Positions 1-8,950 of a stretch of DNA of 64,000 nt are shown here, one piece after another. Position 1 is the stretch's first letter; each line of letters begins with the position of its first letter. The stretch is taken from assembly GCA_963770895.1 (NCBI GenBank), contig CAVYRF010000002.1, positions 4,128,001 to 4,192,000 on the forward strand. Direction: 5' to 3'. The DNA is from an uncultured Acidobacteriota bacterium. Lineage in GTDB: Bacteria > Acidobacteriota > Thermoanaerobaculia > Multivoradales > UBA5704. Under the pieces are notes generated by a model, which was not told the origin of the DNA, ran no database searches, and worked only from the letters and a program-made list of their open reading frames with translations. Both the position numbers and the translations under genes were made by a program.

Positions 1-1
1 C

Positions 2-304
2 GACCGGTACCGCCCGTCGCCGCTGCCGGGCGGCGGCGCGGGAGTCGCCCTGCTGCTCGCCGGCCAGGGCCCGTCGCGCCGCCCGGCGGCGGCCTGGGCC
101 GCCCTGGCCGGCGCCGGCGCCGAGGTTGCCGTGCTGCCCGGCGATCACTATTCGATCGTGCGCCCACCCGCCGTCGCGACGCTTGCCGCCGTGGTCCGCC
201 GCCTGCTCGCCGGCGCCGGTTGTCGATGTCGCGGCGCCGCCGGCCTCGGCCCCGCGCACCCCGCCGGCGCCATCCCCATCGTCGAGATCGTCGAGCGGCC
301 GTAG
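2..304 (+). CDS. C-terminal end of a thioesterase domain (probably NRPS/PKS terminal TE), partial at window start
   Basis: Hand translation of frame 2: DRYRPSPLPG..ALLLA..W..EVAVLPGDHYSIVRPPAVATLAAVV..; PGDHYS is the typical TE catalytic-His motif; TAG at 302-304. Not in the ORF track. Confidence 0.75.
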   Translation, partial: DRYRPSPLPGGGAGVALLLAGQGPSRRPAAAWAALAGAGAEVAVLPGDHYSIVRPPAVATLAAVVRRLLAGAGCRCRGAAGLGPAHPAGAIPIVEIVERP

Positions 305-715
305 CCGCAGCCCCCGCGGCCGGCGGCGCCCAGTGCGCCCGGCGCGCTGCGACCCGCCGCGGCGCCGCCGCCGTACCAGCGCCGTAACGTGATCGAAAAC
401 GTTATTGTCCTGAAGGATCATGCCCGGTGGTCGATCGCCGGCACCGGCGGCGGAGAGTTGCCCGCAGCGCGACGACGGGGTGAACATTCGGTGACGGCGG
501 CACCAGGTTGCGAAATCTGACTCTTGCGGCCCCTGGGGGGGGCAAGGTGTCACGATTTTGGGACCAGGCGGCACACGTGGAAGAGAGGAGCGCACCAGGC
601 AATCCATCCCGCCCGCGGCCAGGGAAGGAACCGGACAGCGCCCGCAGGCAGCTGAACGTATGGGTAAGGTCGGAAACACATCTCCCGCCACTTGCTGGCA
701 TGGTGAGGTCTTCGA

Positions 716-1159
716 ATGCATCAGGTAACGCAATTGAACGGCACGAGCGCCGCCATCGGTTCGCCGATGCCATACTTCGTGAACCCTGAGCTGAGCGCCA
801 AGGCGCTCGAAATCAACTGGCGGTCGTTTGAGTACTACCCGCCGCTCGATCGCATCAAGCGCTACACCGAAGAGCATTACCAGGAAGAGATCCCGCTGCC
901 GTGCGCCGCCGAGGTGGCGGGCATGGAAGCCACCTACTTCTCGGCTTTCTTCCGCAAGAAAGTCGGCATTCGCTATACCGACTGGCTGTGCTGCCTGCGC
1001 ATCTCGCACGCGATCCGGCTGATCTCCAGCCGCGACCAACCGATCGCGGACGTGGCGCTGGCGGTCGGTTTCAGCGATTTGCGGACGTTCCAGCGCGCGT
1101 TCAAGCGCGTCACCAACATGACGGCGCGCGAGCTGAAGGAGCGCGTCCGTCCGGCGTAG
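716..1159 (+). CDS. AraC-family transcriptional regulator (short, essentially DNA-binding domain only)
   Basis: AAEVAGMEATYFSAFFRKKVG and IADVALAVGFSDLRTFQRAFKRVT double-HTH signature; start could be 767. Confidence 0.9.
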   Translation: MHQVTQLNGTSAAIGSPMPYFVNPELSAKALEINWRSFEYYPPLDRIKRYTEEHYQEEIPLPCAAEVAGMEATYFSAFFRKKVGIRYTDWLCCLRISHAIRLISSRDQPIADVALAVGFSDLRTFQRAFKRVTNMTARELKERVRPA

Positions 1160-1256
1160 CAGCCGGTTGAAAACCCCTGGACCGGCGGCAGCTCCGCCGC
1201 GTGAGCGGCGGGCGCTGCCGCGCCGGTGTCCCCAATCAGTGAATGGAGCGGCGGCG

Positions 1257-2780
1257 ATGTTAATTCGCAAGGTCAACCCCGACGAGTTCGTCGATGCGTA
1301 CGACGTCAAGGAACAGATGTTCTATCCCTGGAGCGACGTCGTCTCGACGCCTTTCGGCGCCGCATGGCTGGTGGTCGAACCGGGACAGCGCACCAAGCCG
1401 CACAACCACCACGAGCAGGAGACCTTCTTCATCGTCAGCGGCCGCGGCAAGATGACCTACGACGGCGAGAGCCTGGACGTGGAGCCGGGGCACGTGGCGT
1501 ACTTCCCCGCCTTCGGCGATCACATTTTGGAAAATACCTCGGCGGACGAAGATCTGCACTTCCTCACCATTTGGTGGGAAGACGAATCGGTCGTCTCGGC
1601 GCTCAAGGACGGCAGCGCCGCCGGCAAGACGTCCGGCGCCGTCAAGGACCTGGTGGCGGTGTCGCTCGCGGCAGCGCCGGCGGCGCAGTCCGCGGCGGCG
1701 GTGATGGCTCGTTACCTGCTGCTGCGCGGCGCCCGCGCACGGCTGGCCCTGACGCCCGCGCCGGCGGCCGCGGGTGCGGACGCCACCGCGGCGGCCCCGG
1801 CCTGCGACCTGCTGCGGCGTCTGGCCGCCGCCGGCGCCATCACGGTCGACGCGCAGGGCGTGACGTTCGCGCCGGCACAGTTCGCCGCGGCGGTGCGCAG
1901 CCACTACGACCAGGCGACGATGAGCCCGCGGCTGCGCGCCCTGGTGGATGCCCAGCTGTTGCGCGGCGCCGCCGTGGCGACCCTGGCCCGGCCGGCCGCC
2001 GCCGGCGCGCCGGTGCCGCTGCCGGGCTTCACCGATCACCGCCTGGAACCCTGGTTCGAGAGCGCGGCGCGGGTGCTGGCGACGCCGCGCGGCGAAGAGC
2101 GGCCGGTGGTTTTCGTGGGCGCCGAAGGTTGGAGCGAAGCCGGCCTGCTGCCGGCGCTGGCCGCCGCGGCGGGCAAGACCTGGGCGCCGGTGGCGCTGGT
2201 CGACCTGACCGAAGCCGGGGCCGCCCTGCCCGAGTGGGCCGCCACCGGCGAGCCGCCTGCCGCCTGGACCGCCTGGCTCGGCAACCTGGGCGCCAACCTG
2301 GTGCGCGACGATGCCGGCAAGGTGCCGCCGACCCAGGCATGGACGACCGAGCAGCAGCGCTTCATGGCGCGCCTGCTGCGCTACGTCGACGAAGCCGGCG
2401 CCGCCTACGATCCCGCCACCTTCTCGCCGCGCGAAGCGGCGCGGGTGCTGTCCGACCTGGTGCGCACGGCCGGCGAGTACGCCGACCGCGAGCGCCCCTG
2501 GAACGGCATCGCCAACCGGCGCGAAGAGCGCAACACCGCCGTGGCGCTCGAAGCCCTGGCGGCCAAGGTGCTGGCCTTCCTGGCCCAGCCGCTGCTGCCG
2601 GCGTGGAGCGACCGGCTGTGGCAGGCCCTGGGATACAGCCGGCCGCTCGGCGCCGGCTCCTGGGAGACGACCCCGACCTTCGTGCCCACCGGCAGCGCGG
2701 CGGCGGGCCTGGCAGAGCTGGCGGGACCGGCGCCGGTGCCGGCGGCGGCGCCTCTCGCGGTGGCGGGGGCGCCTTCCTGA
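1257..2780 (+). CDS. Cupin domain fused to a degenerate MetRS-like domain (hydrazine synthetase cupin component)
   Basis: ATG 1257 after GGAG; cupin PW..PFG..VEPG..PHNHHEQETFF..H..N..WW; C-terminal part resembles the 5681-7372 protein but lacks HIGH, KMSKS-like and Zn-knuckle motifs. Confidence 0.85.
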   Translation: MLIRKVNPDEFVDAYDVKEQMFYPWSDVVSTPFGAAWLVVEPGQRTKPHNHHEQETFFIVSGRGKMTYDGESLDVEPGHVAYFPAFGDHILENTSADEDLHFLTIWWEDESVVSALKDGSAAGKTSGAVKDLVAVSLAAAPAAQSAAAVMARYLLLRGARARLALTPAPAAAGADATAAAPACDLLRRLAAAGAITVDAQGVTFAPAQFAAAVRSHYDQATMSPRLRALVDAQLLRGAAVATLARPAAAGAPVPLPGFTDHRLEPWFESAARVLATPRGEERPVVFVGAEGWSEAGLLPALAAAAGKTWAPVALVDLTEAGAALPEWAATGEPPAAWTAWLGNLGANLVRDDAGKVPPTQAWTTEQQRFMARLLRYVDEAGAAYDPATFSPREAARVLSDLVRTAGEYADRERPWNGIANRREERNTAVALEALAAKVLAFLAQPLLPAWSDRLWQALGYSRPLGAGSWETTPTFVPTGSAAAGLAELAGPAPVPAAAPLAVAGAPS

Positions 2781-2837
2781 CGCCTGCGGCGCCGTCGCGC
2801 CCGGCGCGGCGGCAGCGGGTCGCGGAGCCCATGCGAA

Positions 2838-4199
2838 ATGCTGCTTGAGCCGAAGGACGATGCGGAGTCGGGGTGGATCGGGATGCTGCCGCCCGCGCCC
2901 GCGCTGTGCCCGCTCAGCGGCGACGAGCGCTGCGACTCCGCGATCATCGGCGCCGGGTTGACCGGCCTGGCCATCGCCCGCCGCCTGGTCGAGCTGCGGC
3001 CGGGCGAGCGGGTGGTGATCGTGGACGCCCAACGCGTCGGCTATGGCGCCTCGGGGCGCAACGCCGGGTTCGTCGTCGAGCTGACCGACTTCGCGGCGCG
3101 CATGGCGCCGGCCGACCGCCAGCGCTACGTGCGGGTGGCCCGGTTCGGCATCCGCTGCCTGCGCGAGCAGATCGCCGAGCACGGCATCGACTGCGGCTGG
3201 GACGACCAGGGGGTGCTGCGCGCGGCGGCGGGGGAGGAGGGGCACCGCGCCCTGGCCTCCTGGCCTGCATGGCTGGACACCGCCGGTTCTCCCTACACCC
3301 GCCTGGACGCGGCGGCCACCGCGGCGGTGACCGGCACCCCTTTCTATACCGGCGCCATCCGTTTTGGCGGCACCGCCAACGTGCAGCCGGCGGCGCTGGT
3401 GCGCGGCCTTGCCGCCGCGCTCCCCGGCGAGGTGACGGTGTTTGAAAACTCGCCGGTGCGGGCGATCCGACGCCAGGCCCTCGGCAACGGTGGGGATCGG
3501 AGCCATGGCGGCAACGGCAAGAGCGGCGCCGGCGGCGGCGCCGGTTTCCACCTCGAGGTGGGCGGCGGCACGCTCACCGCTCGGCGCCTGTTCGTGGCGG
3601 TCAACGGCTATACCCCCGGCCTGGGCCTGCTGCGCCAGCGGGTGTCGCCGCTGTGGAGCTTTGCCAGCCTGACCCGCGTGCTGAGCGCCGGCGAGCAGGC
3701 GGCGGTCGGCGGCGATCCGCAGTGGGGAGTGCTGGCGACCGATCCCTCGGGCTCGACCGTGCGGCGCACGGCGGACCAGCGCATCATGATGCGCAACACC
3801 TTTCACTTCACCTCCGAGCTGACGGTGCCGCCGGAAGTGCGCCAGGCGGCGGCGGTGCGCCATCGCGAGGCGGTCGCGGCGCGCTGGCCGGCGCTCCAGG
3901 ACGTGCCGTTCGAGTACACCTGGGGCGGGCTGATGGGAGTTTCCAGCAACGGCCAGGCGTACTTCGGCGAGCTGGAACAGAACCTTTTCACCGTGGCGAT
4001 CTACAACACCGCAGGGCTCGCGATGAGCGCCGCGGCGGGCCGCCTGCTGGCGGACCTGGCCCTGGGCTTGCGGTCGCCCCTGCTGCAAGACATCGGGCAG
4101 CTGCCGCTGCCCTCCTGGTTGCCGCCCGAGCCGCTGCGCTCCGCGCGCGGGCGGCGCAAAGTCGCGAAGCTGAACAGCCAGGCCGGAGCCTACCTGTAG
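2838..4199 (+). CDS. FAD-dependent oxidoreductase, DAO/PuuB-like family (candidate Spb39/Tri27-type C-N cleaving oxidase)
   Basis: IIGAGLTG, GASGRNAGF, VQPAALVRGLA, EYTWGG motifs; role inferred from context. Confidence 0.85.
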   Translation: MLLEPKDDAESGWIGMLPPAPALCPLSGDERCDSAIIGAGLTGLAIARRLVELRPGERVVIVDAQRVGYGASGRNAGFVVELTDFAARMAPADRQRYVRVARFGIRCLREQIAEHGIDCGWDDQGVLRAAAGEEGHRALASWPAWLDTAGSPYTRLDAAATAAVTGTPFYTGAIRFGGTANVQPAALVRGLAAALPGEVTVFENSPVRAIRRQALGNGGDRSHGGNGKSGAGGGAGFHLEVGGGTLTARRLFVAVNGYTPGLGLLRQRVSPLWSFASLTRVLSAGEQAAVGGDPQWGVLATDPSGSTVRRTADQRIMMRNTFHFTSELTVPPEVRQAAAVRHREAVAARWPALQDVPFEYTWGGLMGVSSNGQAYFGELEQNLFTVAIYNTAGLAMSAAAGRLLADLALGLRSPLLQDIGQLPLPSWLPPEPLRSARGRRKVAKLNSQAGAYL

Positions 4200-4261
4200 G
4201 CCGCACCGCGGCGGCTCCGCACCCCACGAACGGTAGACCTCAGAAGGAAAGGCGACGAGCG

Positions 4262-5668
4262 ATGAAGCAGCGGAATCGGATCGAGGATGCGGAAGCCCGT
4301 CACACAGGCGCGCCTCTCGACGTGATCGGCATTGGGTTCGGTCCTGCCAATCTCGCCCTGGCCGCGTGCTTGAAAGAGCAGCCGGAGATGATCGAAGGCC
4401 GGCTGGTGCAGAGCCTCTTTTTGGAGCGCAAGCCGCACTACGAGTGGCACCCCGACATGCTGATCCAGGGGGCGGAGATCCAGGTGCCTTTTCTCAAGGA
4501 CCTGGTGAGCCTGCGCAATCCGATCAGCCGTTTTTCTTTCCTCAACTACCTGCACGTGCACGGCAGGCTGCTCGATTTTGTCAACCTGCGCACGTTCTTC
4601 CCCACCCGCGTCGAATTCAACCAGTACTACACCTGGGTGGCGGGGCAGCTGTCCGACCGCGTGCGCTACGACCGCGAAGTGCTGTCGGTGCAGCCCGTGC
4701 CGGCCGAGGAGGACGGCGTGGTCGAGCTGCTGCAGGTCAAGGCGCGGCACCAGGCGACCGGCCGCGTCGAGGAATACCTGACGCGCAACCTGGTGGTGGC
4801 GACCGGCGGCTCGCCCTACATCCCGCCCGGCATCGACATCAGCACCACCGACAAGGTGTTCCATTCGCAGACCTTCCTTGCCGGGCTGCGGCAGCACTTC
4901 CCCGACCCCGACGCGCCCTACCGGTTCGTCGTCGTGGGTTCGGGCCAGAGCGCCGCGGAGATCTTCCAATACCTGTTCTCCAACTACCCCAACTCCGACG
5001 TGACGGCGACGATGCGGCGCTTCGCCTACAAGCCGGCCGACGAAAGCGAGTTCGTCAACGAGATCTATTCGCCGGCGATGACCGACGTGTTCTTCGGCCT
5101 GCCCGAAGCGGAGCGGCGCAGCCTGCACGCGGCGCACGCCGACACCAACTATTCGGCGGTCGACCTGGAGCTGATCCGTTCCATCTTCCGCGCCATGTAC
5201 CAGATGAAGGTGAACGGCCAGAGCCGCGTGCGGGTGCGCGCGATGTGCGAGCTCAAGCAGCTCGAAAAGAGCGGCGACAGCCTGGTCGCCACGGTGTGGA
5301 ACAAGGTGGCGGCGCGCATGGAAACCCTGGAAGCCGACGGCGTCGTGCTGGCGACCGGCTTCACCCGGCCGCGCCGCCATCCGCTGCTGCGCGAGCTGAA
5401 CAACCACCTGCTGACGACGCTTGACGGCGCCTACGACGTCCACCGCGACTACCGGGTGCGCAGCGTGCCGGGCTTCACGCCGGGCATCTATCTGCAAGGT
5501 TTCTGCGAGACCACCCACGGCATCAGCGATTCGGTGCTGTCCATCCTGCCGGTCCGCAGTCAGGAGATCGTGCAGTCGATCGTCGGCGGCACTTGCAGCC
5601 GGGCCGAGGACCTGGAGACGGCGGTGGCGAGCGCCGCCTATCTGCCGAGCTCGGGCGAACCGCTGTAA
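4262..5668 (+). CDS. Lysine/ornithine N-hydroxylase (SidA/IucD/PvdA family)
   Basis: IGIGFGPANLALA, WHPDML, FLKDLVSLRNP, VVGSGQSAAE, KPADESEFVNE, TNYS, LATGF, HGISDSVLS. Confidence 0.95.
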   Translation: MKQRNRIEDAEARHTGAPLDVIGIGFGPANLALAACLKEQPEMIEGRLVQSLFLERKPHYEWHPDMLIQGAEIQVPFLKDLVSLRNPISRFSFLNYLHVHGRLLDFVNLRTFFPTRVEFNQYYTWVAGQLSDRVRYDREVLSVQPVPAEEDGVVELLQVKARHQATGRVEEYLTRNLVVATGGSPYIPPGIDISTTDKVFHSQTFLAGLRQHFPDPDAPYRFVVVGSGQSAAEIFQYLFSNYPNSDVTATMRRFAYKPADESEFVNEIYSPAMTDVFFGLPEAERRSLHAAHADTNYSAVDLELIRSIFRAMYQMKVNGQSRVRVRAMCELKQLEKSGDSLVATVWNKVAARMETLEADGVVLATGFTRPRRHPLLRELNNHLLTTLDGAYDVHRDYRVRSVPGFTPGIYLQGFCETTHGISDSVLSILPVRSQEIVQSIVGGTCSRAEDLETAVASAAYLPSSGEPL

Positions 5669-5680
5669 GGCGGGGAGGAC

Positions 5681-7372
5681 GTGATGAAGAGAGTGCTGAT
5701 CACCGCCACGCCGCCGACTCCCAACGGCGAGCTGCACGTCGGACACCTTTCGGGTCCGTACCTGGCGGGCGACGTGTTCAAGCGGTTCTGCCGGCTCAAT
5801 GGGCGCGAGGTGCGCTACATCACCGGCGGCGACGACAACCAGAGCTACGTCGCCACCAAGGGCGAGCAGCTGAAAATGACGCCGCAGCAGACGGCCGACA
5901 AGTTCAACGGCGCCATCGCCGACATCCTGCGGCGGGCGCAGATCGAAGTGGACGTGTACGTGCAGCCGTTGCACTCGGCGCACCATCCGCAGTTCATCGC
6001 CGAGTTCGTAAAGCGGCTGTACGCCGCGGGCCACCTGGTGGGCAAGGACGTCGCGGCCGCCTGGTGCGGCCAGTGCGAGCGTTACCTTTTCGAGTCGTAC
6101 ATCGGCGGCATCTGCCCGCACTGCGGCGCGCACTGCGACGGCAACGTCTGCGAAGCGTGCGCCGAGCCCAACCAGTGCACCGACATGATCGACGCGACCT
6201 GCAAGAAGTGCGGCAGCCCGGCGCTGGAACGCTCCTACCGGCGGCTGTTCTTCCCGCTGGCGCCGTTCGCGTCGCGCCTCGCCGACTACTTCTCGCGGGT
6301 GAGCATGGGATCGCACCTGGCGGCCTGCTGCGACCGCATGCTCGCCAAGGGGCTGCCCGACATCCCGGTCAGCAACCTGGCGGACTGGGGCATTCCGGTG
6401 CCGGTGCCCGGCTTCGAGGGACAGCGGCTGTACGCCTGGTTCGAGATGGGGCCGGGGTATCTGAGCGCCATCAACGAAATGTTCGCCCAATCGGGGCGCG
6501 GCGACGCCTGGGCGGACTGGTGGAAGTCGGACGACGCCGAGGTGGTGCAGTTCTTCGGCTACGACAACGCCTACTTCCACACCACCCTCTTCACCTCGGA
6601 AATGATGGCGTACGACCCGGAGATCCGCCTGCCGGCGGCCTTCGTCACCAACGAGTTCTACCGGCTGGACGGGCTCAAGTTCTCGACCAGCCGCAACCAC
6701 GCCATCTGGGGCAGCGCGGCGCTCGACCACCTGCCCTCGGACGTGTTGCGCTACTTCCTCTGCCTGGACCGCCCCGAAACGGCGCAGACCAACTTCCGCT
6801 GGCAGGACTTCCGGCGCGCCGTGCACCGCGATCTGATCGAGGGCTGGCAGCCCTGGCTGCTGCAGGTGGCGCGCTCGGTGCGCGAGGAGCACCAGGGGAG
6901 CGTGCCGCAGATGGCGCCGCTGTCCGCCAACGAGCAGCGCTTCGTCGCCGAGATGGCGGGGCTGGTAGTGGCGGCGACTGCCGGCTATCAGAAGGAGAGC
7001 TTTTCGCCGCGGCGCGTGGTGGCGGCGCTCAACCAGCTGGTGGAGTCGGCGCGCATGTTCGGCGAGGCGGCCGGCTACTGGCGCAGCGGCGCCCACGAGC
7101 GGCGGCGCAATGCCGCGGCGCTGTCGGTCAGCGCCGTCGCGACGCTCGCGGCGCTGGCAGCGCCGATCATGCCGTCGCTTTCGGCGCGGCTCTGGTCCGA
7201 GCTGGGCCTGGGCCAGGCGCCCGCCGCGGGCGACTGGCCGACGCAGCCGGTGATGGTGCCGGCCGGCCGGCAGCTGCGCGGCATGGACAGCGCCTATTTC
7301 ACCGGTATCGACAGCGGGTGCGACGCGCTGGAGGCGGCGCGAGCGCCGGCGGGGGCCGCGGCCGTCGCCTGA
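5681..7372 (+). CDS. Methionyl-tRNA-synthetase-like adenylating enzyme of secondary metabolism (hydrazine synthetase activation component)
   Basis: PPTPNGELHVGH (HIGH), four CxxC pairs, WGIPVP, KFSTSR (KMSKS-like); sits beside an N-hydroxylase and a cupin, so unlikely to be housekeeping metG. Confidence 0.9.
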   Translation: MMKRVLITATPPTPNGELHVGHLSGPYLAGDVFKRFCRLNGREVRYITGGDDNQSYVATKGEQLKMTPQQTADKFNGAIADILRRAQIEVDVYVQPLHSAHHPQFIAEFVKRLYAAGHLVGKDVAAAWCGQCERYLFESYIGGICPHCGAHCDGNVCEACAEPNQCTDMIDATCKKCGSPALERSYRRLFFPLAPFASRLADYFSRVSMGSHLAACCDRMLAKGLPDIPVSNLADWGIPVPVPGFEGQRLYAWFEMGPGYLSAINEMFAQSGRGDAWADWWKSDDAEVVQFFGYDNAYFHTTLFTSEMMAYDPEIRLPAAFVTNEFYRLDGLKFSTSRNHAIWGSAALDHLPSDVLRYFLCLDRPETAQTNFRWQDFRRAVHRDLIEGWQPWLLQVARSVREEHQGSVPQMAPLSANEQRFVAEMAGLVVAATAGYQKESFSPRRVVAALNQLVESARMFGEAAGYWRSGAHERRRNAAALSVSAVATLAALAAPIMPSLSARLWSELGLGQAPAAGDWPTQPVMVPAGRQLRGMDSAYFTGIDSGCDALEAARAPAGAAAVA

Positions 7373-7435
7373 GGCGGCAGGCCGGCGACCGCGGATCGAG
7401 GAACGACCCAAACGAATGACGAAAGGGATGAAGCC

Positions 7436-8863
7436 ATGAGCGAGACCTTCGACGTAATTATCATTGGCGGCGGCCCCGCCGGCACCACGGTCGCGACCAA
7501 GCTGGTGCAGCGCGGCCGCAAGGTGCTGCTTTTGGAGCGCGAAAAGTTTCCGCGCTTCCATATCGGTGAATCGATCACCGCCTTCGGCTTCACGGTGTTC
7601 AAGGAGCTGGGGGTGTTCGACGAGCTCAACGCGATGAACGAGGTGAAGAAGAAGGGACTGGAATTCGTGTTGCACGAGAAAAAGTACAAGGTCTTCTTCT
7701 TCCAGGAGAACCGCGACGAGCCGGCGCGCTGGGCGTTCCAGATGGCGCGCGACAAGTTGGACAACGTGCTGCTGCGCAACGCCCAGAAGGTCGGCGTCGA
7801 CGTGCGCGAAGAGCACCTGGTCAAGCGCGTCCTGTTCCAGGGCGACAAGGCCATCGGCGTGGAATTCAAGGATTACTCGATGGGGCCGTCCGAGGAGCTC
7901 AAGTACGCCTACGCCAAGTGGATCGTCGACGCGTCGGGGCAGGGGGCGCTGCTCAACCACCAGCTGAAGGACAACTGGTACAACGACCCGCTGCTCGACA
8001 ACAAGATGGCCATCTTCTGCCACTGGAAGGGCGACATCACGGTCAAGAACACCGACGACGAGCTCAACTTCAAGCTGTGCGTGCACAAGAACCGCCGCGA
8101 CTGGTGCTGGTACATCCCGATCGCCAAGGACACCCTGTCGCTGGGCGTGGTGCTGAGCCCCGAGACGGTGAAGCGCGAAACGCAGACCAAGTCGCTGGAA
8201 CAGATCTTCTACGAGTACGCCAAGGACATCCCGTTCATCAGCGACATCCTCAAGAACACCACCCTGGAAGCGGTGGAGAAGTTCCGCATCGTGCGCGACT
8301 ATTCCTACCGCTCCAGCCGCTACTACGGCAACCATTGGGCGATCGTCGGCGACAGCGCCGGCTTCATCGACCCGATCTTCTCGACCGGCCTGCAGGTGGC
8401 GTTCAACAGCGCCTACGCGCTGATCGACCCGCTCAACCAGCTGCTCGACCACGAGGGCCCCGGCGAGGTCGACCTGTCGGTGCTCAAGGGCTACGACTAC
8501 GCGGTCAACCGCTACTACCGCATCAATTCGATGCTGGTCTACCTGTTCTACCTGTGCCGGCTGGACTACGCCAACTACAACTTCTGGTACATGTGGAAGC
8601 ACATCGAGTGGGCCGGCTGGAGCGACCGGCTGAAGTGCGCGCGACTCTACATCCGCTACATCATGGGGTCGGCGCAGAACAAGAGCAAGTGGTTCAACCA
8701 GGTCCTGTTCGGCAATCCGGGCGCCGAAAACCCGCTGGGCGACGTGGCGATGGCGCTGTCGGCCAACTACGATAAGGTATTCAGCAAGCGCGCCGCGCGG
8801 CCGCCGCGCGAAGAGAAGGAAAAGCGGGAGCAGTGGGTCGGAGCCCAGGCCGGCGCGGCCTAG
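7436..8863 (+). CDS. Flavin-dependent halogenase (PltA-like family)
   Basis: IIGGGPAG, PRFHIGES, candidate catalytic Lys in VKKKG, WCWYIP (WxWxIP), GDSAGFIDPIFSTG. Confidence 0.85.
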   Translation: MSETFDVIIIGGGPAGTTVATKLVQRGRKVLLLEREKFPRFHIGESITAFGFTVFKELGVFDELNAMNEVKKKGLEFVLHEKKYKVFFFQENRDEPARWAFQMARDKLDNVLLRNAQKVGVDVREEHLVKRVLFQGDKAIGVEFKDYSMGPSEELKYAYAKWIVDASGQGALLNHQLKDNWYNDPLLDNKMAIFCHWKGDITVKNTDDELNFKLCVHKNRRDWCWYIPIAKDTLSLGVVLSPETVKRETQTKSLEQIFYEYAKDIPFISDILKNTTLEAVEKFRIVRDYSYRSSRYYGNHWAIVGDSAGFIDPIFSTGLQVAFNSAYALIDPLNQLLDHEGPGEVDLSVLKGYDYAVNRYYRINSMLVYLFYLCRLDYANYNFWYMWKHIEWAGWSDRLKCARLYIRYIMGSAQNKSKWFNQVLFGNPGAENPLGDVAMALSANYDKVFSKRAARPPREEKEKREQWVGAQAGAA

Positions 8864-8950
8864 CCACGGCGCCAACCGCGCCGTACCCGGCCGCTGTCGG
8901 CCGCGACGTGTGACGCCGTATGCCACAGGCCCTTTGAGCAAGGAGACGCG

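Noticed and set aside
392-715. Small ORFs or riboswitch before the AraC gene
   Set aside because: No convincing coding signature or RNA motif; probably promoter DNA.
4262-5668. Siderophore biosynthesis locus
   Set aside because: No acyl/formyl transferase, TonB receptor or Fur box visible; neighbours fit hydrazine chemistry better.
5681-7372. Housekeeping metG
   Set aside because: GGDDN and KFSTSR variants and the position between an N-hydroxylase and a halogenase fit a secondary-metabolism MetRS-like enzyme.
4190-8941. 1583-aa minus-strand ORF and similar long antisense or alternate-frame ORFs (e.g. 1260-4088, 8957-12046, 24363-27521, 36214-39294, 60507-63395)
   Set aside because: Shadow ORFs of high-GC genes; no motifs, and they overlap well-supported CDSs.
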